Shown: positions 8,635 through 19,837, counted from the stretch's first letter. The stretch: DNA of 64,000 nucleotides from an uncultured Clostridia bacterium (GCA_944386165.1 CALXAA010000002.1:32695-96694); one strand, 5' to 3'. Notes: generated by a model from the letters alone, not told the origin. Made by a program: numbers and translations.

Positions 8635-11106
8635 TTATTCTACATCATGTCTTGCAAGAATTTTTGCAGGTGTTTTTCTTAAAACTTTATAAACAGGTAT
8701 TAAACCAACCCAAAAATTAAAAATATAGATTATAAAAATGCTTAATAATATTACATTAAAATTTATAACAAACATATTTTTAAAATCATTAAACTTAGAT
8801 ACAGTGCTTAGAATATAAAACATAAATATAACTCCTGTTAGACTTGCAACTGTTGTAATTGCAAATATTTCTCCAGTAAACATTCTATAAATATCCATTC
8901 TTTTTACACCAATTGCTCTCAGAGTTCCAATTTCTTTTACTCTAGTTAAAAATGATGCTCTCATCATCAAGTAAATTTCAATCAGTGAAATACAGAAAAT
9001 AATTACTGAGAAAATTATAGTATTATTAACATTTTCTTTTTGGCTATCAATATATTGCTGTTTATCATATTCATATGTATCAATAATATTTAAGTTCTGT
9101 TCATTTTTTAGTTTATTATAAACATCTTCTTTATTTTTTGGATATATTACAAAATTATCTTTATTTTCTAAAACACCATATTTTACTGTATTATTATTTA
9201 CAAGATAATTTTGTTTATTAGTTTTACTTTCATAATATCCAACAACTTTTAGATTTATATTGTTAATTTTAGTATCTATTGTTTTATTTAATTTAATTGT
9301 ATCTTTATTAGCAATATTTACAATAACTTCATAATCATTAGTAGGCATTCTACCTTTTTCTATTGTAATATCATCTAAATATAAATTATAATCTTCAACT
9401 TTTTCAGAAATATTATCATCCTGTGATATAAATCCAAAATTAAAACTTGAATTATTACTTGTTGTATTGTTTAATATATTTATAAAATTATCTTTATTCA
9501 TATATATTGAAGGACTTGCTTTATCTGTAATTCCAACAATAACAAAATCTTCTAAATTGTCAATCGATAATTTTTTTCCTATTACATCTTGAATTTTTTG
9601 TATACCAACTTCATTTATAACATTATTTTCTACACCAGAACTTGAACCACTATTACCTGTAATGCTAGAAATTCTGTCAATTACTAGTCTATCTATAACA
9701 ATCTCATGTTGATTACTTGGCATATTTCCATAAATCAAATCATTTGCATTAATTTCATCAATACTTGTTAGAGAACCAGATATATTTAGAAAAAATCTTG
9801 ATGTTTGAAAATATTCTTCAAATTTCATTTTAAAACTTACTAAACTGTCTCCTGGCAAAATGTAATCAATACCTTCTAGTGTTTCCAATTGTAAATATTG
9901 GTCTATATTAATTTTGCCACTATTTACTTGTAAATAATTTTTATTTTTTGTTATAAAATCTTTGTCTTCAATGTTAAATGTTGCAAATATACTACTAATT
10001 GAATATACTATAAACATTGCAGAAGCAAAATAACCAACAAGTATGGCTTTTTTTAGTATTGAATAATTTCCTATTTTTTTAAATCCATTTATAACAGATT
10101 TTAAAATACCATAAATTGAACTATATCTTGGTTTTCTTTTATTTTCTTCTAAATCAAATTTAAATTCTTTATATATTTTTTTGTCTATTTTTTTATAATT
10201 GTCATTTACAAATTCAATTATAGAATTTTCATCTACTACTTCTACTTTTTTTCCTTCTGCTTCTACATATATATTCCCATTCATAATAGCAAGTTTTGCA
10301 TTTATAGCATCACCATTGTTATAGTATACATCAAGTTTTACATTATCTTTTTGAAAATTTTCATAATTTTCAAAATCTTTTAAATAAATTTTATTATCTA
10401 ATCTATAGTCTAAATATTCTTTATCAGTGTTTTCATAATCTTTTACAATTTGTCCATCTTTTATTTCTATAATCCTTGAAGCATAAAATTTGGCAAGTTC
10501 TTCTTCATGTGTAACTAATATTACTAGTTTTTCTTTTGAAATTGCTTTTAAAATATTCATTATTTCTATTGAGTTTCTACTATCTAGATTTCCAGTTGGC
10601 TCATCTGCTAAAAGAATGTTTGGATTTTTTACAATTGCTCTAGCAATAGCTATTCTTTGTTTTTCTCCACCTGATAGCATTTTGGCTGGTCTATTTCTAT
10701 GTCTGTACATGTTCACACTATTAAGCACATAGTCCACTTTTTTCTTTATTTCATTTTTGTTTTTAATACCTATCATTCTTAAAGATAAAGCTATATTATT
10801 ATACACAGTCATATTATCAATTAATTTGTAATCTTGAAATATATATCCAATATTTGCATTTCTTATTTTGTCTTTTGTATAAGTACTTCTTTTAGTTATC
10901 TTTTTACCATTTATAAATATTTTTCCTTTATTTACATTATCTAAACCACCAATTGTATTTAGAAGAGTTGTCTTGCCACTTCCAGATGGTCCAAGAATTG
11001 CAATTAATCCTGTTTGTCCTAGTTCAAGCGAAATATTATTTATTATATGTATTTGATTAGGTTTTCTTCTATTAAAATATTTGTTCAATCTTTCAATCTT
11101 GACCAT
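8635..11106 (-). CDS. MacB-like ABC transporter, ATPase fused to FtsX-type permease
   Basis: Walker A GPSGSGKTTLLN, ABC signature LSGGEKQRIAIARA, Walker B ILLADEPTGNLD; C-terminal 4-TM FtsX-like domain with a large extracytoplasmic loop. Confidence 0.75.
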   Translation of the reverse strand: MVKIERLNKYFNRRKPNQIHIINNISLELGQTGLIAILGPSGSGKTTLLNTIGGLDNVNKGKIFINGKKITKRSTYTKDKIRNANIGYIFQDYKLIDNMTVYNNIALSLRMIGIKNKNEIKKKVDYVLNSVNMYRHRNRPAKMLSGGEKQRIAIARAIVKNPNILLADEPTGNLDSRNSIEIMNILKAISKEKLVILVTHEEELAKFYASRIIEIKDGQIVKDYENTDKEYLDYRLDNKIYLKDFENYENFQKDNVKLDVYYNNGDAINAKLAIMNGNIYVEAEGKKVEVVDENSIIEFVNDNYKKIDKKIYKEFKFDLEENKRKPRYSSIYGILKSVINGFKKIGNYSILKKAILVGYFASAMFIVYSISSIFATFNIEDKDFITKNKNYLQVNSGKINIDQYLQLETLEGIDYILPGDSLVSFKMKFEEYFQTSRFFLNISGSLTSIDEINANDLIYGNMPSNQHEIVIDRLVIDRISSITGNSGSSSGVENNVINEVGIQKIQDVIGKKLSIDNLEDFVIVGITDKASPSIYMNKDNFINILNNTTSNNSSFNFGFISQDDNISEKVEDYNLYLDDITIEKGRMPTNDYEVIVNIANKDTIKLNKTIDTKINNINLKVVGYYESKTNKQNYLVNNNTVKYGVLENKDNFVIYPKNKEDVYNKLKNEQNLNIIDTYEYDKQQYIDSQKENVNNTIIFSVIIFCISLIEIYLMMRASFLTRVKEIGTLRAIGVKRMDIYRMFTGEIFAITTVASLTGVIFMFYILSTVSKFNDFKNMFVINFNVILLSIFIIYIFNFWVGLIPVYKVLRKTPAKILARHDVE

Positions 11107-11109
11107 CTT

Positions 11110-13320
11110 TTACACCTCCTCATTATATGTACTAATTGCTGTTTTTTGAAATATGTTTTTTGCTACTTTTCGTGATATTAATTTTGACATTAGTATAATT
11201 ATTACATAAATTAATACACATTCCCATAATCCAATGAATTGTGAAAGTTTACTTAAATATTGGATATTAATAATATTAATTTTTGTTAAATATATTATTA
11301 ATATTGATGTAAAATAGGCTAAATTTGAGTTGATAAATAGTTCTATATCTAATATTTTTCTTACTTCTTTTCTACTTGAGCCTAACATTCTTAATGTAGT
11401 ATAATAAATTGCTCTTGATTTTAAAATAATTTTTATTATAAAATATGATATAAAAAATAGTATAAATATTAATATTATTGTTACTATAGTTCTTATCATT
11501 TGTACTAATTGATTATAATTATCATTTGTAATTACCTTAAAATCAGTTACCTTTTTAGTATCTATTCCTAAATTATTAAGTTCTAGAATTGTTGTGTCTA
11601 TATTTTCAATTTCTTTAACAAAAACACTAGATTGATATGGTTGCTTATTAAATAAAGAGTCATATACTTCATTATTAATAAAAATTGCATTACCATATAA
11701 TTTATAATTATCATTTCCAGTTAGTCTTGTAAAAGATTTTTCGGTATATGTATTATTAATTGTTAAATTGATTTTGTCTGAATAAAATATATTGCTTACT
11801 TCAATTTGAATATCTTTTCCTTTTATTCTTCCATTCTTTACCAAACTCTTTAAATCATCACTTACAATTGCATTTTCTTTTTCTACTTTTTCACTAGGAA
11901 CTATTTTGTTTTGTATATATTGGTTTTGAAAAAGTGCTTTTAATGTACTATATTCTTCATTCATATATGTGTTTAATTTTTCAATTTGAGTTGAATACAT
12001 GTATATTTTAGAATCATAATTATTACTATTTTCATTAAATTTTATTCCAACAATTTTTATTCCATCTAAAATTGAATTTTCTTGTGAATCTTTAATAGAA
12101 AAATTTTGTTCTAAAACTTCATCAACAAAATTTTCTATATAATAATTTTTACTACTTGTTTGTAAAATTGCTTCATTTTCTTGTTCTGGTATTCTTCCTA
12201 AGTCAACCTGTTCTTTAAAGTTTTTAACATCATTAATTGTTGTAGCATACCAACATTCTCCATAGCCTTTAGTTGTGCTACGTGATATTGTAATTTGTGT
12301 ATCTAAAAAAACATCATTTTTTACTATATAATCAATATTTTGCAAATTACTTATTTTTGAATAGTCTTCTTCTGAAAAAGAAGTTTTATCTTGTTTTTTT
12401 ATTAATATTCTATTTTCTGATAAGTCTTTAAAAGTTACACTAACTCCATTATCAATGTCGCTCTCTGCTAATTTAAAACTTGTGTATTCTAAAAATAGAG
12501 CTGATGTTATAAAGAAAAATACCATAAATAGTAGCAAAAATTTTGATTTAATATTAAATGTATTTCTAATTCCTAGTCTCAATTTATTAAAAAATGTTAC
12601 TTTTTTGAATTTAGTTTCTTTTATTAAATTAGTTTCATCAATTTTTTCAATCTCTCTATTTTCAATAATTTTACCATCATGCATTTTTATGATTCTTGTT
12701 GCATGTTCTTCAAATTGCTCAATATTATGTGTTACAATTATAACGAGCTTATCTTTTGAGACTTTTCTTAAAATGTCTATTACATCTTTTGCAGATTCTG
12801 TATCTAGATTTCCCGTTGGCTCATCTGCAACTATTATTGGACTGTCTTTAATAATTGCTCTTGCAATTGCTACTCTTTGCTTTTGACCTCCAGATAATTT
12901 TGAAACTTTTGTGTTTTTGAATTTTGTTAATCCTACTTGATCAATAATATCTAAAATTTTCTTTTTGACTTGGCTTTTTTTGTAGCCACTTAAAAGTAAC
13001 ACTAATTCTACATTTTGGTATACTGTATAACTATTTATTAAATTGAAATTTTGAAAGATATTTGCTATATATTTTTTCCTGTATTGTTCTAAATCTTTTT
13101 CTGTGTAATGACTTGTTTCTTGTCCATTTATGTACATTTCTCCTTCTTCATAGCTGTCTAATCCTGAAATAACATTTAATAGAGTACTTTTTCCACTTCC
13201 AGATTCTCCTGTAATTACTACAAATTCTCCTAAGTTTAGTTCTAAATTTACTTTTGAAAATCCTGTGGCTATTATTCCATTGTTATAATATATTTTTGAT
13301 ACATTTTCTAATTTTAACAT
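11110..13320 (-). CDS. Second MacB-like ABC ATPase/FtsX permease fusion (start taken at MLKLENVSKIY; track ORF extends to 13407)
   Basis: GESGSGKSTLLN, LSGGQKQRVAIARA, IIVADEPTGNLD; C-terminal FtsX-like TM domain; RBS AAAGGGGA 9 nt before ATG 13320. Confidence 0.75.
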   Translation of the reverse strand: MLKLENVSKIYYNNGIIATGFSKVNLELNLGEFVVITGESGSGKSTLLNVISGLDSYEEGEMYINGQETSHYTEKDLEQYRKKYIANIFQNFNLINSYTVYQNVELVLLLSGYKKSQVKKKILDIIDQVGLTKFKNTKVSKLSGGQKQRVAIARAIIKDSPIIVADEPTGNLDTESAKDVIDILRKVSKDKLVIIVTHNIEQFEEHATRIIKMHDGKIIENREIEKIDETNLIKETKFKKVTFFNKLRLGIRNTFNIKSKFLLLFMVFFFITSALFLEYTSFKLAESDIDNGVSVTFKDLSENRILIKKQDKTSFSEEDYSKISNLQNIDYIVKNDVFLDTQITISRSTTKGYGECWYATTINDVKNFKEQVDLGRIPEQENEAILQTSSKNYYIENFVDEVLEQNFSIKDSQENSILDGIKIVGIKFNENSNNYDSKIYMYSTQIEKLNTYMNEEYSTLKALFQNQYIQNKIVPSEKVEKENAIVSDDLKSLVKNGRIKGKDIQIEVSNIFYSDKINLTINNTYTEKSFTRLTGNDNYKLYGNAIFINNEVYDSLFNKQPYQSSVFVKEIENIDTTILELNNLGIDTKKVTDFKVITNDNYNQLVQMIRTIVTIILIFILFFISYFIIKIILKSRAIYYTTLRMLGSSRKEVRKILDIELFINSNLAYFTSILIIYLTKINIINIQYLSKLSQFIGLWECVLIYVIIILMSKLISRKVAKNIFQKTAISTYNEEV

Positions 13321-13545
13321 TTGTGTACTTCCCCTTTTTATACAATCTTCTACTTTTATTGTATAGAAAAAAGACAATATAATGATATATTGCCTTTTTA
13401 TTCCCAATTAACTTCATAACCAGTAGTATCTACATTTTCAAATACATCATCATTAATAGTATCTTTATTATACTCAAAGTTAACAACATGTTCAACTTCA
13501 CTATTATTTTACCAAATAATACAAATTTTTCAAGTGTTTTTCTAA

Positions 13546-15627
13546 TTAATTTTCTTTTATAATATTCTTACTACACAAATAAGTAATTACAAAATAGCCA
13601 CCATAAATAACAACTATAAACACTGCTGTCATAACAATTGAAGGCAATAATTGTTCATTTCCAAAAGTAGAAATTACATAACTGCAAAATGTAATACCAA
13701 AAATTGAGTGGATAATTGCAACAACCAGTGGGAACATAAAGAATATTGCTACCTGTCTAAATAATGATTTATTAATCATTTTCTCATCTGCTCCAAGTTT
13801 TCTAAGCATTTTATATCTTTCTTTATTATCTGTGCTTTCTGTTAATTCTTTTAAGGCTAATATTGCTACACTTGCAATTAAGAAAACTATTCCTAAATAT
13901 AATCCTAAAAATGTTACTAAAGCTCCAATTCCAATACTTGCTTCACTTATATCTACTTTGCTATTTATTGAAGGTAAATTATATTTTGTTGCAAGTGGGT
14001 TGTTAACTAAGTTTCTTATTTGATTTTGTATTTCTCTTTGTTCTTCTAATGAATCAGTATAATAATTTCCAATTACAGAATTATATACAATACAGCTTTC
14101 ATCAGCAATATCATCTGGTATTATTATAATTCCAGAATTTATATGGTTGCTTGCCATTTCTACAAATCCATATTTACATTCTTGGTATTTTGGTTTTAAT
14201 GTGTGTCCAAAAACAGTTATTTCTTGATTATTTTGTAATGCTACATTTCTTATTGTTATCATTGAGTCAAAATCTGCTATAATTAAATATTCATCTTCAT
14301 TTAATGTATATTCTTCATTTCCATAAAATTTAGCAACTTTATTATAATCACTTATTGTCATAATATCATCTGGCATATTATATGGTATCATTGATGTATA
14401 AGCATTTTTTATTGTTTCTAAGCTATCACCTAATGTATCTCCAAAAGTTAAATCTTCTGTTTGATAAAGATTATATTCTACACTTTCTTTTAAATAAGAA
14501 TCTATATTAAAATCAAGTCTTTCTAATATTTCTTTAACTGATAATTTAGAATTTTCTATTTGTTCCATATTATAGCCTTGGTCTAACCAACTTTCATCTA
14601 AAACTCTTTTTTCTAATTGAACATCTGCTGGTGCAAGTTCATCTAAATTAGCACTCATAGAATTTTTTAATGATAAACAACTAGATAATACACATATTGT
14701 TACAAATAGCAATAAACATATAATTGTCATAGAAAATACGGTTGTATTTATTTTGCTACTTACTTGTCTTAATGTAAATGTGTTAAGTCCTTTTGTATAA
14801 AAATTCTTCATGCTCATTACAATTTTTAAAATTAATCCAGATAAAGACCAAAATATGAAAAATGTTGATATTCCTCCTATTATAATTGGCTTTAAAATGT
14901 CTTTTGGAGTTTCAACTGTTTCATTTATTCCTCCAGTTACCATATAATAGGCATATCCTAGAGCAACTGCTGAAATAACAAATACAATTGTACATAACAT
15001 TGGATTTTTCATTTTTACTGTTTCAGATTTTTTGCTTGTTTGTATTAAATCTATTAATTTGCATTTTCCAACATTTATTACATTAAATAGCATAACAATT
15101 ACATACATTATTCCAAAATAAATAATTGTTTTTATACAAGCTTCTGATGAAAATATGAATTCATATTTTGTCATATCTGCATCAAACATATTTGCAACTA
15201 GCATACTCATAAGTTGTGATAATACAATTCCTAAGCCTAATCCTACAAGTAATGAAATAATTCCTATTAAAATTGTTTCAAAAAATAATATCATAGAAAT
15301 TTTTCTTTTACTCATTCCAAGTAACATGTAAATTCCAAATTCCTTGTTTCTTCTTTTCATTAAAAATCGACTTGCATAAATAATTAAAAAGCCTAATATG
15401 AAAGCTACAAATACACTTGCTCCTGATAGCATAGTTGTCATCATTTCAATAATGTCATAAGTACTTTCTGTAACATCTAATAATACTGCTTGGCTTTCAA
15501 TACTGTTAAATACATAAAATATTGCAACTCCTAATATTAGTGTAAAAAAGTATATTGCGTAATCTTTAAAACTTTTCTTTATATTTCTAAAAGATAATTT
15601 AATAGTTGTCATTTTCCTCACCTCCAA
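13546..15627 (-). CDS. BceB-type FtsX-family ABC permease (10 TM)
   Basis: 693 aa; N-terminus MTTIKLSFRNIKKSFKDYAIYFFTLILG typical of BceB/VraG/YxdM permeases; overlaps the upstream ATPase gene. Confidence 0.75.
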   Translation of the reverse strand: MEVRKMTTIKLSFRNIKKSFKDYAIYFFTLILGVAIFYVFNSIESQAVLLDVTESTYDIIEMMTTMLSGASVFVAFILGFLIIYASRFLMKRRNKEFGIYMLLGMSKRKISMILFFETILIGIISLLVGLGLGIVLSQLMSMLVANMFDADMTKYEFIFSSEACIKTIIYFGIMYVIVMLFNVINVGKCKLIDLIQTSKKSETVKMKNPMLCTIVFVISAVALGYAYYMVTGGINETVETPKDILKPIIIGGISTFFIFWSLSGLILKIVMSMKNFYTKGLNTFTLRQVSSKINTTVFSMTIICLLLFVTICVLSSCLSLKNSMSANLDELAPADVQLEKRVLDESWLDQGYNMEQIENSKLSVKEILERLDFNIDSYLKESVEYNLYQTEDLTFGDTLGDSLETIKNAYTSMIPYNMPDDIMTISDYNKVAKFYGNEEYTLNEDEYLIIADFDSMITIRNVALQNNQEITVFGHTLKPKYQECKYGFVEMASNHINSGIIIIPDDIADESCIVYNSVIGNYYTDSLEEQREIQNQIRNLVNNPLATKYNLPSINSKVDISEASIGIGALVTFLGLYLGIVFLIASVAILALKELTESTDNKERYKMLRKLGADEKMINKSLFRQVAIFFMFPLVVAIIHSIFGITFCSYVISTFGNEQLLPSIVMTAVFIVVIYGGYFVITYLCSKNIIKEN

Positions 15628-16375
15628 GTAAGGTTACAACATCTATAATTTTGTCAAAGAACTCTTTTCTTGAACTATTTCCTTTTATTATTTCATTAAA
15701 TAATTTTCCATCTTTAATAAAAATAACTCTGCTTGCATATGAGGCACAGAAACTGTCATGAGTAACCATTAAAATTGTAGTGTTTAGTTTTTCATTTAAA
15801 TAATCAAAACTTTCAAGTAACATTTTTGATGCTTTACTGTCTAAAGCTCCTGTTGGCTCATCAGCTAAGACAATTTGTGGGTCTGTTACAATTGCTCTTG
15901 CTGAAGCTACTCTTTGTTTTTGCCCTCCTGACATTTGATATGGATATTTTTGTAATACATCTTTTATTCCTAATTTATTTGATATGTCATTAACTCTTTT
16001 TTCAATTTCTTTTGCTGACTTATTTTGAATAGATAGTGCCAAAGATATGTTTTCATATGCTGTTAATGTGTCTAATAAATTAAAGTCTTGAAAAATAAAT
16101 CCTAATTTTTCTCTTCTAAATTTGTTTAAGTCGTTTCCTTTTAATTTTGTAATATCATCTCCTCCAACATATATATGACCTGATGTTACTTTGTCTATTG
16201 TTGATATACAATTTAAAAGTGTTGTTTTTCCTGAACCTGATGCTCCCATTATTGCAACAAATTCTCCTTTGTCTACTTCAAATGATAAGTTATCTAATGC
16301 TTTTGTTAAACTTGATTTACTACCATAGTATTTTTCTACTTTGTCAATTTTTAATATAGTTGACATATTAATCAC
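15599..16375 (-). CDS. BceA-type ABC ATP-binding protein
   Basis: GASGSGKTTLLN, MSGGQKQRVASARA, IVLADEPTGALD. Confidence 0.85.
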   Translation of the reverse strand: MINMSTILKIDKVEKYYGSKSSLTKALDNLSFEVDKGEFVAIMGASGSGKTTLLNCISTIDKVTSGHIYVGGDDITKLKGNDLNKFRREKLGFIFQDFNLLDTLTAYENISLALSIQNKSAKEIEKRVNDISNKLGIKDVLQKYPYQMSGGQKQRVASARAIVTDPQIVLADEPTGALDSKASKMLLESFDYLNEKLNTTILMVTHDSFCASYASRVIFIKDGKLFNEIIKGNSSRKEFFDKIIDVVTLLGGEENDNY

Positions 16376-16451
16376 AATCCTTTCTAATATTTAATTTTTC
16401 TTTTCAATTATTATTATAGAGGATTAATTTCGGTTTGTCTTTCTTCTAAAA

Positions 16452-17486
16452 TTACCCAACATTACAATTTTGTAATGTTAGAAAAAAATCGTTTTTGTTA
16501 AATAAAATGCTTACCTCTGTAAATTCATTTTCTTTTGAATCTATTGTGATTTTATGTCCTAATTTTTTGCATAGTTGTTTTGCAATATATAGGCCCATTC
16601 CTGTTGATGTTTCTACTTTTCTTCCATTATTTCCTGTAAATGTTTTGTTAAAAACTTTATTAAGATCACTTTTTTCAATTCCTATTCCATTATCATATAT
16701 TTTTAAAATTACTGATTTATCATTTTCTTCAGTTGTTATTTTTATATAGTGTTCTACTTCGCTTCTAATATATTTTATACTGTTACTTACAATTTGATTT
16801 ACTATAAATTCAAGCCATTTTGAATCTGTTAAAACTTTTTTATTTCCAACTTCAACTTCAAAATTTATATTATTTTCTAGTAAGATGTCTTTGTTTTTCA
16901 TGGCTACATTTGAAATTACTTTATTTAGTTCTGTTTCTTTAATTAAATAATCTTTTTCTGCATTTTCACTTCTTACATAATAAAGCACTTGTTCTACATC
17001 ATCATCAATTCTTTTTAATTGTTCTACAATTTTTTTGTCTGATAATTCTTTGTGATTATGTAACATTAAGTTTATTGATGCTAATGGTATTTTTACTTCA
17101 TGTATCCACATTTCTATGTATTCTTTGAAATCTTGAATACTTAAACTGTATTCTTTTATTTTTTCTGCCATTGATTTATCTATTTCATATAATGAGTCAT
17201 ATAAGATTTCTCCATCATAAAAGTTTGGCTTTTCTATCATTTCTGTTATAAGATATTTTTGGTCTAATAAATCTAAATCATTTAAAAATTTATTATAAAA
17301 TTTTTTTCTTCTTTCAAAATCATAAATTATATGTATAATTAGTCCTACTATAAGTATAAAATTTATACCTATAATTGCTTGACTATTTGTTTTGAATGAT
17401 ATTAACATTAAATTTATAATAGCTATAACAACTATAAATAATACTAGATTTAGAAAATTATTTTTTAAATATTTGCTTAATTTCAT
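16452..17486 (-). CDS. Intramembrane-sensing histidine kinase (BceS-like)
   Basis: Two N-terminal TM helices with a very short loop, H-box HEVKIPLASI, HATPase N/G-boxes (YDNGIGI, GMGLYIAKQL). Confidence 0.8.
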   Translation of the reverse strand: MKLSKYLKNNFLNLVLFIVVIAIINLMLISFKTNSQAIIGINFILIVGLIIHIIYDFERRKKFYNKFLNDLDLLDQKYLITEMIEKPNFYDGEILYDSLYEIDKSMAEKIKEYSLSIQDFKEYIEMWIHEVKIPLASINLMLHNHKELSDKKIVEQLKRIDDDVEQVLYYVRSENAEKDYLIKETELNKVISNVAMKNKDILLENNINFEVEVGNKKVLTDSKWLEFIVNQIVSNSIKYIRSEVEHYIKITTEENDKSVILKIYDNGIGIEKSDLNKVFNKTFTGNNGRKVETSTGMGLYIAKQLCKKLGHKITIDSKENEFTEVSILFNKNDFFLTLQNCNVG

Positions 17487-17544
17487 TTAATGGTTTTCCT
17501 TGTAAAAATATTTAGGTTTTTTAAGAAGTTTTTACCTATAAACT

Positions 17545-18207
17545 TTATTTTAAAATGTATCCTTGTCCTTTTCTTGTTTCTATTGCATCTTCATATCCAA
17601 AGTCTTTTAATTTTGTTCTTAATCTACTTATATTTACATTTAATGCATTATCATTTATATATGAATCATTATTCCATAGGTCTGTCATTAAATCATCTCT
17701 TGTTACTATATTTCCTCGATTTGATAGTAAAAATGTGAATATTATCATTTCATTTTTGGTTAAGATAAATTCTTCTTTTCCATTTTTTATTATTCCTTTT
17801 TTTGGGTCTAATATTAAATCATTATATGTTAATACATCATTCTTGTTTTCTATTCTTTTGAATATGTTGTTAATTCTTAATAATAGTATTGTTGGATTAT
17901 AAGGCTTGGTTATGTAGTCATCTGCTCCATAACTCATTGATAAGACTTCATCTGCTTCTGTGTTCTTACTTGTTACCATTATAATTGGTACATTACTTTC
18001 TTTTCTTATTTTTTGTAATAACATTTCTCCGTTTAGTTTTGGTATATTTATGTCTAATAATATTAGGTCTGGATTTTCTTTTTTTATTTCTTCAAATGAG
18101 TTTTCAAAGTCTTTTAATATTATTCCTTCATATCCTGCATTATCTAGCAAGTCTTTTAATTCACTACTTATACTTGTATCATCTTCTATTATTAATATTT
18201 TTTTCAT
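17545..18207 (-). CDS. OmpR-family response regulator (BceR-like)
   Basis: REC domain MKKILIIEDD..DLILLDINIP and winged-helix C-terminus (ISRLRTKL). Confidence 0.85.
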   Translation of the reverse strand: MKKILIIEDDTSISSELKDLLDNAGYEGIILKDFENSFEEIKKENPDLILLDINIPKLNGEMLLQKIRKESNVPIIMVTSKNTEADEVLSMSYGADDYITKPYNPTILLLRINNIFKRIENKNDVLTYNDLILDPKKGIIKNGKEEFILTKNEMIIFTFLLSNRGNIVTRDDLMTDLWNNDSYINDNALNVNISRLRTKLKDFGYEDAIETRKGQGYILK

Positions 18208-18230
18208 ATTTTGTAGAGTTCCTTTCTTGT

Positions 18231-18980
18231 TTAATTATAAATTTCATCTTTAAAGTAATTCTTATATACTTCTTTTGCTCTATTTATTGTTTCTTCATGT
18301 GTCATATTGTATTGATTATATGGGTAAATTCTTTTGTTATTTTTTACTAAATATATTTGCCAAGCTGGATAAAACATCTGTCCACAAAAGTCTGCAAATT
18401 CATTTATTATTTCTGCACTTTTTTCTACATCTTCAAAACTATTTATTTCTATATGTGTGTCATATTCTAACATTCCTTCTTTTGTAATGTTTTCTTCAAT
18501 AGTAAAATATTCTTTATTAGGACTATTCCATTTTTCAAAATAATATTTATGACAAGTTGCTAAAAAGTCTTCTGTTACACCGCCTTTTTTATTGATTGCT
18601 GTAAATTTTATTTCATTATTATCTTTTAGTTGAAATTCGTATGTTACATTTTCTTCTTCGTCTGTAATTTCTGAAATTGTTTCTATTTTTATATTATATT
18701 GTTCTTCTATTGAATCAACAACTGGAAAGTCGATATTTTTCTTGAGATTTGAATATTGCATTAAAACTATTGTAGATACATTGAAAAAAAAGATTATAAA
18801 TATAATGATAACAATAATCTTAACACCTTTTCCTGTTATATTAAATGCTTTGTTTATTTTATTTAATTTTTTCATTTGCTTTGTTGTATCAAAATTGGTA
18901 TATCCTTTTCTTGTTTCTTCTTTCCATATTCTTTCTTTATTCCATTTTTCCAACTCTTTCCAATCTTTATCATTACTCAT
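18231..18980 (-). CDS. Hypothetical membrane-anchored protein (single TM)
   Basis: 249-aa ORF with one hydrophobic segment VKIIVIIIFIIFFFNVSTIV; no recognisable motif. Confidence 0.35.
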   Translation of the reverse strand: MSNDKDWKELEKWNKERIWKEETRKGYTNFDTTKQMKKLNKINKAFNITGKGVKIIVIIIFIIFFFNVSTIVLMQYSNLKKNIDFPVVDSIEEQYNIKIETISEITDEEENVTYEFQLKDNNEIKFTAINKKGGVTEDFLATCHKYYFEKWNSPNKEYFTIEENITKEGMLEYDTHIEINSFEDVEKSAEIINEFADFCGQMFYPAWQIYLVKNNKRIYPYNQYNMTHEETINRAKEVYKNYFKDEIYN

Positions 18981-19025
18981 GTTTATTTTCCCCTTAATTA
19001 CTTCTTTTTTATTAAATTTTTAAAA

Positions 19026-19095
19026 ATAGGAAATAGAGAAACTTTATTTGTTTGTTCTCATTTCCTATATTATCAACTATACAATATTTTCGACA
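19026..19095. repeat. Intergenic hairpin element, copy A (ATAGGAAAT[A/T]GAGAA ... TTCTCATTTCCTAT, 12-13 bp stem)
   Basis: ataggaaatagagaaactttatttgtttgttctcatttcctat followed by ctatacaatatttt; a near-identical copy lies at 27083..27150. Confidence 0.7.
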
Positions 19096-19413
19096 AATAT
19101 CTTATCATTTACCACTATAACAGTATATTTTCTTAAATATGGTATTTCTTTTATTTCTTCAAATTCTGCATATTCTTTAATTTGTATTTTTGCCTCTTGT
19201 TCTGGTATTTTTCCTTGATCTAAATAATTATTCAAGAAAAATAAGCACATATTTGAATTATATAAGTTTTCTACTCTTCATAATTACTTATTTCCTATGG
19301 TAATTTTTTCATAATCATCTATTTCCTCTCTTATAATTATGTTTAAATTATATCATATAAATTATAGATTTTTAATATTAATTTTAAAAAATGTAAATAT
19401 TTTTCAAAAGTTC

Positions 19414-19439
19414 GAAAAATGGAGTAGCATTGCTACTCC
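19414..19439 (-). terminator. Stem-loop GGAGTAGCA-T-TGCTACTCC downstream of the yccF-like gene
   Basis: Perfect 9-bp inverted repeat followed on the minus strand by AUUUUUC. Confidence 0.55.
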
Positions 19440-19477
19440 ATAAAAAAATCACACAAAATAGAATTCAAATTATTTTA

Positions 19478-19837
19478 CTATACTATTCTTGCTCCAAAAG
19501 GTGCTAAAGCTAATTTTGCAATTTTGAAAAATTGCAATCCAAATGGAATTCCAATAATAGTTATACACCAAAGACATCCAATTACAAAATTTTCTATTGC
19601 CATTGGTAAACCACAAAAGATAAACCAAATAACATTGGCAATAAAAGATGGTGCTCCACCATCATATATAATTTCTTTCCCAAATGGTGCAAATGCCATT
19701 GATGAAAACTTAAAGCACTGTAATCCAAGTGGAATTCCAACTACAGTTATGCAACATAAGATTCCTGCTATAACCCATGAAAGCCCACTAAAAAAGCCTC
19801 CAAAAATGAACCATAAAACATTCCCTAAAAAACTCAT
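19478..19837 (-). CDS. YccF-like inner membrane protein (DUF307, tandem repeat)
   Basis: Two repeats each with ...TVVGIPLGLQCFKFSSMAFAPFG / ...TIIGIPFGLQFFKIAKLALAPFG. Confidence 0.75.
   Translation of the reverse strand: MSFLGNVLWFIFGGFFSGLSWVIAGILCCITVVGIPLGLQCFKFSSMAFAPFGKEIIYDGGAPSFIANVIWFIFCGLPMAIENFVIGCLWCITIIGIPFGLQFFKIAKLALAPFGARIV

Noticed and set aside
13408-13545. Protein-like frame (..EVEHVVNFEYNKDTINDDVFENVDTTGYEVNWE*) downstream of the BceB-like permease
   Set aside because: No ATG/GTG/TTG start in frame after the preceding stop. Possibly a decayed C-terminal extension or small gene remnant
19077-19250. 57-aa minus-strand ORF (MCLFFLNNYLDQGKIPEQEAKIQIKEYAEF...) in the yccF/18231 intergenic region
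   Set aside because: No RBS upstream of its ATG, it overlaps the conserved hairpin element, and it is below the usual length cutoff. It may be a remnant rather than a gene
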